Virus record (IMG/VR): IMGVR_UViG_3300007593_000213
Location: 1-25,891 of that record
DNA: 25,891 nucleotides
Source: a virus
Taxonomy: Duplodnaviria; Caudoviricetes
Reading direction: 5' to 3' (one strand)
The position numbers and the translations under genes were made by a program. Below the pieces are notes generated by a model, which made no database searches, had not been told where the DNA came from, and saw only the letters and a list, made by a program, of their open reading frames with translations. How positions within the stretch are numbered: the stretch's first letter is position 1; the number at the start of each line of letters is the position of its first letter. Of the stretch, positions 1-8,179 are shown in pieces.

Positions 1-2
1 AT

Positions 3-1106
3 AGGAATAGTGTATATACATCCTATAATGCAAATAGTGCGTCCATAGATGCTTCGTATATTACTAGCGGTACTCTTGATGCTGCAAGACTTCCAACATT
101 TAATGGTGATATAACAGCAAACACTTCTAATGGTTCTGTAAGTGCAACAGTAGTAGCTATTCAAGGATCACCAATTTCGGTACAGAATCCAAATAATGGA
201 CAAACATTACAATGGAACGGAACAGCATGGACACCTGGAGCAATACCAAATGGAGGTTCTGGTGGTGGTGGTTTAGTTTATTATTTAAACTTTGCAAATG
301 AAGCTCAAACCCCAACAACAAATCTTTCCGCTACTCCAAATACACCAAAAGAACTTGGAATAACAGGTATCGTTGGAGCTTCCTCTTATACACTAAACAA
401 CGTTTCAACTACAACTTATGACTTAATTTGCGGATTTGTTTCTTTGACAGCAAGTCCAAATACAACAGTAATTCCTGCTGGTTTGTGGGATTTTAATATT
501 TGGGCAGATGCTACATCAACTGTAACAAATCAAATGATTTTAAAGTTGGATGTGTACAAATACGATGGTTCAAATGTTCCAACATTACTCGCATCTTCTG
601 GTGACATTTATATTTATGATCCTGTTGCGACTGCTCAATATATTGCTTCCGTTGTATTTCCACAAACAACTCTCTTAACAACAGACCGAATATATATTGA
701 ATTAAGAGCCAAAGGAACACAAAATAATAAAAACGTTACAATTTACTTTGGTGGAACAACTCCAACTCATGTTCATACTACTTTTCCAAGTGTGGGTGGT
801 TCTGGTTTATTAAAAGTTATTAATGGTGTTTATCAGAGTCCTGCTTCTTTATTGGTTAATACTGATGTTGCGGCTAATGCCGCTATTGATCAATCTAAGA
901 TTAATGGGTTAACTGATGTTGCTAACAAAGCTAATTCTGCCTTTACAACAGTTCAAAGTAATTCCGCTAATTGGTCAGGTTTTGTCACTTCTAACATAAC
1001 AGGTATAGGTGGAGCTACATCGCTAACTAATATGATGCAAATTACACAAGCGGGTTATAATGCAATAACTCCTGCTGTAAATACCCTTTATATAATTGTC
1101 GGATGA
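3..1106 (+). CDS. Tail fibre / minor tail structural protein, 5'-truncated by the window (true start is upstream; the TTG at 444 is internal)
   Basis: Frame 3 is open from position 3 (RNSVYTSYNANSASIDASYITSGTLDAARLPTFNGD...) into the listed ORF. Fibre-type motifs ITSGTLDAARLP and GQTLQWNGTAWTP; C-terminal TQAGYNAITPAVNTLYIIV motif seen at the ends of phage minor tail proteins; T/S/N/G-rich. Confidence 0.7.
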   Translation, partial: RNSVYTSYNANSASIDASYITSGTLDAARLPTFNGDITANTSNGSVSATVVAIQGSPISVQNPNNGQTLQWNGTAWTPGAIPNGGSGGGGLVYYLNFANEAQTPTTNLSATPNTPKELGITGIVGASSYTLNNVSTTTYDLICGFVSLTASPNTTVIPAGLWDFNIWADATSTVTNQMILKLDVYKYDGSNVPTLLASSGDIYIYDPVATAQYIASVVFPQTTLLTTDRIYIELRAKGTQNNKNVTIYFGGTTPTHVHTTFPSVGGSGLLKVINGVYQSPASLLVNTDVAANAAIDQSKINGLTDVANKANSAFTTVQSNSANWSGFVTSNITGIGGATSLTNMMQITQAGYNAITPAVNTLYIIVG

Positions 1107-1963
1107 CGCTCACACAATCACTTTCAGCCAGAGTACGTACAAGTGTGGTTAGTGCTATAATCAGCACATCAGCAACATTTCGTCAATTCATGTGCTACTC
1201 CGCGACAACTATTTCGCATGCAATTGGCGGCACAATTGGTCTTGTAAAAAATGGAATTGGAGGTTTAACATTAACAGGAGGAGCTAACTATACTGGGCCA
1301 ACAATACTTAATCAAGGACAACTTATAATTTCATCAATCGTCACGCTCAATGGAGTTATTAGTGGGTCAGGACAGGTTTATAAAAGCGGTTCACACGCCA
1401 TAACTATCGGAGGCAACAATACTTATTCTGGCGGAACAATATCTGCGGGTGGGACGATAACATATTCGTCTGGCAATGCTTTTGGAACTGGATCGTTTAC
1501 GGCTCAGACAGCATCGCAAATTATTACACCAAACAATGTAACTTTGCCAAATAATTTTATAATAAACGCTGGAGCTACTTTGCAATATCGCACCACAGGT
1601 GCACCTACGATAACAGTTACAGGCAGTATCACAGGTAGCGGAAACCTAAACAAAACAGGAAATGGGTATTTGGATTTAACTGCATCAACGGATACCCACA
1701 CGGGATCAACGACCATTACGGGTGGGTTCATTCGAGCTAGAAAAACTACTGGAGCGTCAACGGCAACCGCAACATTTCAATCTGGCAATCTTTCGTTGGT
1801 CGTTACATTCAATGTTTGCCCGCCATCTGGCGTAACAACCTTCCGATTTTTCCAAGGAACGACAACGCAAACTTATGCAACTGTTACTTTGGTGGGGCTT
1901 CCATCTGGCTCGACCGCAACTTATAACTCCGCAACCTCAACACTTTCCGTAACAATACCATGA
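1103..1963 (+). CDS. Autotransporter-associated beta-strand (PATR) repeat protein, probable virion adhesin / fibre tip
   Basis: Three repeats matching the GxLxKxGxGxLxLxGxNxYxGxTxIxxGxL consensus: GLVKNGIGGLTLTGGANYTGPTILNQGQL, GQVYKSGSHAITIGGNNTYSGGTISAGGTI, GNLNKTGNGYLDLTASTDTHTGSTTITGGFI. ATGA overlap with the upstream gene. Confidence 0.7.
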   Translation: MTLTQSLSARVRTSVVSAIISTSATFRQFMCYSATTISHAIGGTIGLVKNGIGGLTLTGGANYTGPTILNQGQLIISSIVTLNGVISGSGQVYKSGSHAITIGGNNTYSGGTISAGGTITYSSGNAFGTGSFTAQTASQIITPNNVTLPNNFIINAGATLQYRTTGAPTITVTGSITGSGNLNKTGNGYLDLTASTDTHTGSTTITGGFIRARKTTGASTATATFQSGNLSLVVTFNVCPPSGVTTFRFFQGTTTQTYATVTLVGLPSGSTATYNSATSTLSVTIP

Positions 1964-2172
1964 TAATCTCACCCAACGAAAACAACTGGTCATATGACGA
2001 ATCGGATGCATGGAAGCTCGTCCATGATGGAACCAATATTATATTTTTTGAACAAACAAACAAATCAATATCAACACAGAGTATTTTATTTACAGGGACT
2101 CAAGAAGAATGTGAAGCAGAAATAAACAGGCTTGGATTGAGTTTGTCTTCTGATGAAGTTGTTGAGGAATAA
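1960..2172 (+). CDS. Small acidic hypothetical protein (possible fibre chaperone/accessory)
   Basis: 70-aa ORF coupled to the PATR gene by an ATGA overlap; fills the gap before the next promoter box. Confidence 0.6.
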   Translation: MIISPNENNWSYDESDAWKLVHDGTNIIFFEQTNKSISTQSILFTGTQEECEAEINRLGLSLSSDEVVEE

Positions 2173-2198
2173 TATATATAGTCGATAAATAACAAACA

Positions 2199-2206
2199 TA
2201 TAAGTA
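2199..2206 (+). promoter_or_regulatory. T4-late-type promoter box variant TATAAGTA
   Basis: One mismatch to the T4 late consensus TATAAATA; 6 nt before the ATG at 2213. The same octamer recurs at 5424-5431 and on the - strand at 25656-25663. Confidence 0.55.
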
Positions 2207-2212
2207 TATAAT

Positions 2213-3148
2213 ATGTCATATCCTCAACAACCAGTATTACCAAATTCTTTTCATGGAAGCACAACTTTTAATTCTCAGATTAAAAGCTACAATCATCTTG
2301 CACAAAGAGTTAGAAGAAGTTTAGGTGAACCTCTTATACAATTAGAAATAAGCAGTGAACAAATGTATGAGTTGATTGATATTTCACTAGAATACTTTAC
2401 AAAATTTGCTGGTGTTGAGGAAGAATATTTGGTTTTTAGATCAGATCTTTATAAAAAGGGAGTAGGATTGCATATAGGAGAATTAATGAATATTACTCCA
2501 GATATGTATAAAGACAATACATCCAATCCTTCTTTAAGTGCATCATTTGATTATGATTTAGATGATTATAGAAGAGTTGTAGATGTTTTCTCATTTGCTG
2601 AAGGAAATAATACTGGTGTTAATACTCTTTTTACTATTGAAAATACAATTGCTCAACAAGCATACTTTGGTCATCTATTAGGAAATGTTGGATATGATTT
2701 AGTGACATTTAATGCATTAAAAACATGGATAGACACAAGAGAAAAGGTTTTAGCAATGACTCCTTATCTTAGATTTGATCCAGACTCTCAAATTCTTAAA
2801 ATAATTCCCGAACCATCACAACAAAGTGGTACTCCTTATTTTGGTTTAGTTGGATGTAAGTTACAAAAACCAATAAAATATTTAGTAAGTCAACTTTGGG
2901 TATATAGATACACTTTAGCACTTACAAAAATAGCAATTGCGCATACAAGAGGAAAATATGCAGGAACTAATTTATTCGGTGGTCAAACACTTAATCATAG
3001 TGATCTTATGTCTCAAGGAATAACTGAAAAAGCTGCCTTAGAAGATGAAATAACCAAAGATACTATAGACAGAGATCCTATTAAATTTTTTATTGGTATT
3101 TTTATTGGTCTTTTATCAATAGGAAGTATGATTTTAGGATATAATTGA
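2213..3148 (+). CDS. gp13: Neck protein (T4 gp13-like head-tail adaptor)
   Basis: N-terminal LAQRVRRSLGEPLIQLEISSEQMYELIDISLEYF and C-terminal WVYRYTLALTKIAIAHTRGKYAGTNLFGGQTLN...DPIKFFIG resemble T4-like gp13; lies in the head module. Confidence 0.85.
   Translation: MSYPQQPVLPNSFHGSTTFNSQIKSYNHLAQRVRRSLGEPLIQLEISSEQMYELIDISLEYFTKFAGVEEEYLVFRSDLYKKGVGLHIGELMNITPDMYKDNTSNPSLSASFDYDLDDYRRVVDVFSFAEGNNTGVNTLFTIENTIAQQAYFGHLLGNVGYDLVTFNALKTWIDTREKVLAMTPYLRFDPDSQILKIIPEPSQQSGTPYFGLVGCKLQKPIKYLVSQLWVYRYTLALTKIAIAHTRGKYAGTNLFGGQTLNHSDLMSQGITEKAALEDEITKDTIDRDPIKFFIGIFIGLLSIGSMILGYN
3087..3109 (+). repeat. Tandem 11-bp direct repeat TTTTTATTGGT (period 12) at the 3' end of the neck gene
   Basis: Copies at 3087-3097 and 3099-3109, encoding FFIG-IFIG. 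Confidence 0.7.
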
Positions 3149-3191
3149 TAATAATCCTATTAGTTTTTTTATTGTAGTTGTAAGTATTATA

Positions 3192-4229
3192 ATGGAAAAA
3201 ATAATAATAAAAGATTATAGTATTTTAAAATCTATAAAAAAAGTAGCTATAAAAAATAATCTATCATATGGTAGGATTAGAAATATTTTAAAAAATAACA
3301 ATGTTTCTATGGTTTGGAAAAATACCAAAAATATAGAAAATATTACAAAAGCTATTGAAGAATATAAACAAGGGACATCTTTAAATCAACTCAATAAAAA
3401 ATATGGATTTGATCATAACGTTTTTAAAAAAATTCTATCTAAAAACGGAATAGAATATATAAACAGAGCAAAAAATCCTATTGAAGGAGAAGTAATCACT
3501 ATAAAAGAAAATTTAAATGATATTTTATCTTATTACAATAAAACAAATAATATCAGAAAGACATCAATTTTTTTTGGAGTGAAAGAGTGTAATCTATATA
3601 GGTATTTGAAAAGTGAAAATCTTCTAATAAGAAAAAACGAAAAAATATCTACAGAAAAAGAACAACAGATAAAGGATGAAATTTATAATCTATATGTAAA
3701 TGGTAATTTAAACACATCTGATATAGGAAAAAAATATAATATAACACGTTACAATATCAAAAAAATTCTAATATCTAATTTTGGTAATGAGGTAATAAAA
3801 CCAAAATCAGAAATAATTAGGAATATGAATTTATCAGAAGGATTTCAAGAAAATGCTTTAAAGAAAAATTATAGAAACAAAAACTACATATTACCTTCTG
3901 GTAGGACGATTCAGGTAATGGGATATGAAGATCATTTTCTTGATTTTGTTTTTGGGAATAATATTCTGAAAGAAGAGGATTTTTCATTTGATAGAGGATT
4001 TAGAATTAAAATTTCTGATAAAGGAAAACATATTCATTACTATCCTGATTTTCATATACCAAAGTTTAACATGATTATAGAGATAAAATCTAAATACACA
4101 TACGAAAATCAAAAAAAATTAAATGATTTAAAAATAAAAAGAAGTAAGTCTAAAGGATATATAACTATTCTTATAGTAGATAAACACTACGAGGAGTTTT
4201 TGAAAATAATCAATGAAACTTCCTCTTAA
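3192..4229 (+). CDS. Free-standing homing-type endonuclease: four HTH-like repeats plus a C-terminal PD-(D/E)XK nuclease domain
   Basis: HTH-like repeats SIKKVAIKNNLSYGRIRNILKNNNV, SLNQLNKKYGFDHNVFKKILSKNGI, NIRKTSIFFGVKECNLYRYLKSENL, NTSDIGKKYNITRYNIKKIL; catalytic YYPDFHIPKFNMIIEIKS. Very Lys/Ile-rich and AT-rich (11/60 G+C in 3241-3300); sits between two conserved head genes. Confidence 0.75.
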   Translation: MEKIIIKDYSILKSIKKVAIKNNLSYGRIRNILKNNNVSMVWKNTKNIENITKAIEEYKQGTSLNQLNKKYGFDHNVFKKILSKNGIEYINRAKNPIEGEVITIKENLNDILSYYNKTNNIRKTSIFFGVKECNLYRYLKSENLLIRKNEKISTEKEQQIKDEIYNLYVNGNLNTSDIGKKYNITRYNIKKILISNFGNEVIKPKSEIIRNMNLSEGFQENALKKNYRNKNYILPSGRTIQVMGYEDHFLDFVFGNNILKEEDFSFDRGFRIKISDKGKHIHYYPDFHIPKFNMIIEIKSKYTYENQKKLNDLKIKRSKSKGYITILIVDKHYEEFLKIINETSS

Positions 4230-4677
4230 AAAGAAAAATCCTAAATATGTGCAAGGAATATTCACCGCACATAATAAACAAAAGTATAGAGGCAAATTTC
4301 CTATTGTATATCGTAGTAGCCTAGAGCTTAAAGTGTTTCGTTGGTTTGATAATAATTCCAATGTTCTTACATGGGGATCAGAAAGTGTAGTAGTTCCTTA
4401 TCAATCTCCTTTAGATGGAAGGATTCATAGATATTTTGTTGATTTAGTAGCCGCATTAAAAGAATCTAATGGAAATATTAAAAAACTCTTAATAGAAATT
4501 AAACCACACAAACAAACACTTCGTCCAGAAGCTACTAAAAATAAAAAAGTTAAAACAATGATATATGAACAGACTCAATTTGCACTTAATCAAGCCAAGT
4601 GGCAAGCTGCTGAAGCATGGAGCAAATCTAAAGGATATCAATTTATTATTTTAACAGAAAAACATATAAATAGTTGA
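4213..4677 (+). CDS. gp4: Head completion nuclease (T4 gp4-like, TnsA-type fold)
   Basis: KYRG..PIVYRSSLELKVFRWFDNNSNVLTWGSESVVVPY.SPLDGRIHRYFVD...IEIKP...NQAKWQAA...FIILTE is the gp4 signature. Confidence 0.9.
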   Translation: MKLPLKKKNPKYVQGIFTAHNKQKYRGKFPIVYRSSLELKVFRWFDNNSNVLTWGSESVVVPYQSPLDGRIHRYFVDLVAALKESNGNIKKLLIEIKPHKQTLRPEATKNKKVKTMIYEQTQFALNQAKWQAAEAWSKSKGYQFIILTEKHINS

Positions 4678-4725
4678 ATCTTTGCTTTCTATTGTAAATA
4701 ATAATAACAAAAAGATAATTATATC

Positions 4726-4733
4726 TATAAATA
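4726..4733 (+). promoter_or_regulatory. T4 late promoter consensus TATAAATA
   Basis: Exact match in the intergenic gap, 11 nt before the protease ATG. Confidence 0.7.
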
Positions 4734-4744
4734 TTTAAACAATT

Positions 4745-5419
4745 ATGTCCAATAATGCCTATAATCTCTTAATAGAGGAACCAACATACGAAGTTCAATA
4801 TCTAATCGAAGAAAAAAATAGAAACACTCCTTCTATTTTACACATTCAAGGACCCTTTTTAATGGCTAACGAAGCTAATAAAAATAAAAGAGTATACCCA
4901 TTGGAAGAAATGGTTAAAGAAGTTGGAAGATATACATCTGAAATGATTGACACAAAAAGAGCTACTGGAGAATTAAATCATCCATCTAGTCCTGATATTA
5001 ATTTAGAAAGAGTTTGTCATGTTGTTACAGAATTAAAACAAAATGGTAATATTTTTGAAGGAAAATCAAAAGTTCTTTCAACACCTATGGGACAAATCGT
5101 TCGTTCTCTTATAATGGATGGTGTAAAGCTCGGTGTATCTAGTCGTGCATTAGGTAGATTACAAGAAGATGGAAGAGGAGTTAATCGTGTTTCTGATTTT
5201 AGATTAGTGGCAGTAGACGTTGTTGCTGATCCTTCGGTTCCTTCTGCCTTTGTTAATGGCATCCTAGAATCTAAACAATGGATTTTAAATGAAGATGGAA
5301 AATTTGCTCCTACTTATGAAAGATTTGAAAATGCAATTTCAAACATTCCTAATAAAGAAGGAAATAAATATTTAACTGAACAAATAATTAAATTTATTAA
5401 TTCATTGAAAACATTGTAA
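4745..5419 (+). CDS. gp21: Prohead core protease (T4 gp21-like)
   Basis: IQGPFLMANEANKNKRVYP, GELNHP (catalytic His), STPMGQIVRSLI, LGVSSRALG (catalytic Ser), DVVADPS. Confidence 0.95.
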   Translation: MSNNAYNLLIEEPTYEVQYLIEEKNRNTPSILHIQGPFLMANEANKNKRVYPLEEMVKEVGRYTSEMIDTKRATGELNHPSSPDINLERVCHVVTELKQNGNIFEGKSKVLSTPMGQIVRSLIMDGVKLGVSSRALGRLQEDGRGVNRVSDFRLVAVDVVADPSVPSAFVNGILESKQWILNEDGKFAPTYERFENAISNIPNKEGNKYLTEQIIKFINSLKTL

Positions 5420-5433
5420 TTGTTATAAGTAAG

Positions 5434-5441
5434 TATAAATA
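5434..5441 (+). promoter_or_regulatory. T4 late promoter consensus TATAAATA (preceded by TATAAGTA at 5424-5431)
   Basis: Exact match 5 nt before the ATG at 5447. Confidence 0.7.
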
Positions 5442-5446
5442 ATATC

Positions 5447-5668
5447 ATGAACACTCGAAATTTAATTTCTAAATTAGTAGCTCAAATATGTGAAAATAAT
5501 TTTTCAGATGCTAAAAAAACTTTAGATACAGTAGTAACAGAAAAGGTAAAAACACGTATTAAAAATACAATTAAAAAACAATCACCCGATAAAAAAGATA
5601 AATCAAAATGTGATTGTACAAAAACTAAAAAAAATTTAACAAAAAAGGTAGTAGGTAAGAGTAAATAG
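5447..5668 (+). CDS. Small prohead core protein (gp67-like), basic C-terminal tail
   Basis: 73 aa between protease and scaffold; LISKLVAQICENNFSDAKKTLDTVVTEKV resembles the helical N-terminus of small T4-like core proteins; has its own late box. Confidence 0.5.
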   Translation: MNTRNLISKLVAQICENNFSDAKKTLDTVVTEKVKTRIKNTIKKQSPDKKDKSKCDCTKTKKNLTKKVVGKSK

Positions 5669-5685
5669 TAATATATAAAAATTTT

Positions 5686-6579
5686 ATGGATATCTCATCA
5701 ATAATACCAGCAATTGATACAAACGTTCTCAACGAAGAAGCAGCCTCCGCAATCGCAGAAGCATTTGAAACCGCAGTTAACGAAAAAGTAAATGCTCAAG
5801 TCGAACTTCAAGTTGAAGGTGCTCTCAGCAAACAAGACGAAGAACATGCTTCTAAATTAGGAAAATTATTAGAGGCTATTGATGCCGATCATTCCGAAAA
5901 ATTAAAAAAAGTTGTAAATGCTATTAATGAAAATCATGCTTCTAAATTAATAAAAATAGTTAATTTCTATAAAAAGGCATTAAACGAAAAAGCAGAAACT
6001 TTCAGTGAAAAGGTTGTAAATCAAATCAGCAACTTCTTAGATGCTAATCTTTCAAAATCCATTCCTCATGCAGAATTAGAAGAAGCAGTTGCAAACAAAA
6101 CTGCAATCAAACAATTAGAACAAATTAAAAAAATCATTTCATTCGATCCTGCTACTTTAAATGAAGATGTTAAAAGTCTCATCACACAAGGCAAGAAAAA
6201 AATTGAAGATCTTCATGAAGAACTCAATGTTTCTTATAAAGAAAACATCGATTTACATGAACAACTAAACGACTTAAAAGGTGCTTTAATTTTAGAACAA
6301 AAAACAAAGGGAATGCCAACCTCTAAAAAAGAATATATTTCTAAATTATTAAGTGATAAACCCGCTTCTTATATTGAAGAAAACTTTAAATTTGTTGTAG
6401 AAATGTTTGAAAGAGAAGAAAAGGACTTGTCTGGTAAATTAGTAGAAGAAGCTAAACAATCAGCAGTATCTAAAAATGCTAAAGTACCTTATTCCAAAGT
6501 AATTTCTGAGTCTACTGTTGTTAATAATGAAAACACACCAGTAAACAGATACCTAACAGCTTTACAAGATATTAGATAA
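5686..6579 (+). CDS. gp22: Prohead core scaffolding protein (T4 gp22-like)
   Basis: Glu/Lys coiled coil, IAEAFETAVNEKV near the N-terminus, C-terminal VNRYLTAL; directly upstream of the major capsid gene. Confidence 0.85.
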   Translation: MDISSIIPAIDTNVLNEEAASAIAEAFETAVNEKVNAQVELQVEGALSKQDEEHASKLGKLLEAIDADHSEKLKKVVNAINENHASKLIKIVNFYKKALNEKAETFSEKVVNQISNFLDANLSKSIPHAELEEAVANKTAIKQLEQIKKIISFDPATLNEDVKSLITQGKKKIEDLHEELNVSYKENIDLHEQLNDLKGALILEQKTKGMPTSKKEYISKLLSDKPASYIEENFKFVVEMFEREEKDLSGKLVEEAKQSAVSKNAKVPYSKVISESTVVNNENTPVNRYLTALQDIR

Positions 6580-6590
6580 TTTCGAAGGTG

Positions 6591-6613
6591 GGGAAGAGCA
6601 CAACGCACTTCCC
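6591..6613 (+). promoter_or_regulatory. GC-rich hairpin between the scaffold and major capsid genes
   Basis: GGGAAG-A-GC-ACAAC-GC-A-CTTCCC; no U-tract follows. Confidence 0.45.
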
Positions 6614-6654
6614 GAACGCTAAATAAATCCATAAGGAGAAATAATAAATAACAT

Positions 6655-8100
6655 ATGAACAATGTAAAACCCGCACCTGGCTTCATTGACAGAAATCGTG
6701 CAAATCAACTACTCGAAAAATGGGCCCCTGTACTTAATTACTCAAGTGATAAAGTCAGACCTATTGAAGACGAGCATGCTCGCGTTACCACAGCTATGCT
6801 GATGGAAAACCAAGAGCGTTGGTGTTTAGAGGAAACAGGAAACTACTCAGGAAATGGCGGTGCCTTCGGCAACGGCAGTTCTGTTGGTGGTATCTATGGC
6901 CCTCCCGGCACTATTGGTTCTAATGATGGTTATGCTCAAAATGATGCTCGTTTACCAAAGGTATTAATACCTATGATCAGACGTACATTCCCAGAGTTAA
7001 TCACTAACGAAATCGTCGGTGTTCAGCCAATGAGTGGCCCAGTTGGTCTTGCATTTGCTCTGCGTTACCGCTATGAGAACTCTAGCTTGGGTGCAAATGG
7101 TCTTGATGGTTACCAAACAGGTGCCACAAACAATAGCAACAACGGTACCCCCCGCGTTGCTGGACCAAATGAACTCGGTTATCAGTTCCTCGACACTCGC
7201 TTTACAGGAACAAGTGCAGCCTCCCTTACCGGAAACAGTGATTTTGATATCGCTGAGTCCGATCAAGGTGTTGCAGCTATCCTTAGCCAGTTCGAACTTT
7301 CTGGAAACATTCCTCAAGTTACTGTTGAATTCAGCAAAACAGCTGTCGAAGCTGGCACACGCCGCCTCGCCGCTCGTTGGTCTGTTGAACTCGAACAGGA
7401 TCTTAAGAACATGAACGGCCTCGATATCGATGGTGAATTGACAAACGCTATGTCGTATGAAATTCAAGCCGAAATCGACCGTGAAATGATCATCAGAATG
7501 GTTCAGATCGCTCTCAATGCAGGTAGTAAAAATGGATACAGCTTCTGGTATGCTCAATCAGCTGACGCACGTTGGCTCGGAGAGAGAAACAGGGACTTCT
7601 ATAGCAAGGTAATTGTCGAAGCTAATCGCATCGCAATTCGTAATCGTCGTGGTTCTGCCAACTTCATTGTTGCAACACCTCGCGTTTGCGCAATCCTTGA
7701 GATGCTTCCTGAATTCCAGTGGATGTCAGTAAACGGAAACGTCAACACTCAACCAACAGGCATTGCCAAAGTTGGAACATTGGGTGGTAGATTCACTGTT
7801 TACCGCGACACTCGTACAGACGCACAGTATCTTGCAGGTCAAAGATCAGCAGCACTTGAGTATGCACTTCTTGGTTACAAAGGCACAGAATACTACGATA
7901 CTGGTATCGTGTATTGCCCATACATTCCTGTGATGATTCAGCGTACAGTAGGTCCAAATGACTTCTCACCTCGCGTCGGTTTAATGACTCGTTACGGGGT
8001 AGTAGATTACATCTTTGGTGCTTCCTTGTACTACCATGTAATCATCGTCAAGGGCTTGGGAACTGAATTTGAAGCCAACGGTTCCAAACTCTATCTGTAA
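6655..8100 (+). CDS. gp23: Major capsid protein (T4 gp23-like)
   Basis: LLEKWAPVL, LIPMIRRTFPELITNEIVGVQPMSGPVGLAFALRY, TRRLAARWSVELEQDLKNMNGLD, EIQAEIDREMI, GIVYCPYIP, FSPRVGLMTRYG. Confidence 0.97.
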   Translation: MNNVKPAPGFIDRNRANQLLEKWAPVLNYSSDKVRPIEDEHARVTTAMLMENQERWCLEETGNYSGNGGAFGNGSSVGGIYGPPGTIGSNDGYAQNDARLPKVLIPMIRRTFPELITNEIVGVQPMSGPVGLAFALRYRYENSSLGANGLDGYQTGATNNSNNGTPRVAGPNELGYQFLDTRFTGTSAASLTGNSDFDIAESDQGVAAILSQFELSGNIPQVTVEFSKTAVEAGTRRLAARWSVELEQDLKNMNGLDIDGELTNAMSYEIQAEIDREMIIRMVQIALNAGSKNGYSFWYAQSADARWLGERNRDFYSKVIVEANRIAIRNRRGSANFIVATPRVCAILEMLPEFQWMSVNGNVNTQPTGIAKVGTLGGRFTVYRDTRTDAQYLAGQRSAALEYALLGYKGTEYYDTGIVYCPYIPVMIQRTVGPNDFSPRVGLMTRYGVVDYIFGASLYYHVIIVKGLGTEFEANGSKLYL

Positions 8101-8118
8101 TCACAGAACTCAAAAACT

Positions 8119-8152
8119 TACCCATCCTCGAAAGAGGGTGGGTATTTTTTTT
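8119..8152 (+). terminator. Rho-independent terminator after the major capsid gene (possibly bidirectional)
   Basis: Stem TACCCATCCTC / GAAA loop / GAGGGTGGGTA followed by T8; A5 tract at 8112-8116 on the other side; lies between convergent genes. Confidence 0.9.
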
Positions 8153-8179
8153 GTATTTTTTTAAATGAAATAAAAGATA

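Noticed and set aside
444-446. TTG start for the first ORF
   Set aside because: The frame is open back to position 3 with fibre-like motifs, so the gene starts upstream of the window.
3098-4229. Group I intron interrupting gp13 and carrying the endonuclease
   Set aside because: The hairpin pairs the candidate splice-site U with A rather than G, no P7 core or terminal G/3' exon was evident, and the ORF runs straight into gp4. An Infernal search would settle it.
6997-7557. 186-aa antisense ORF and 126-aa alternate-frame ORF (7034-7414) inside gp23
   Set aside because: Expected shadows of a higher-GC, codon-biased gene; no recognisable motifs or expression signals.
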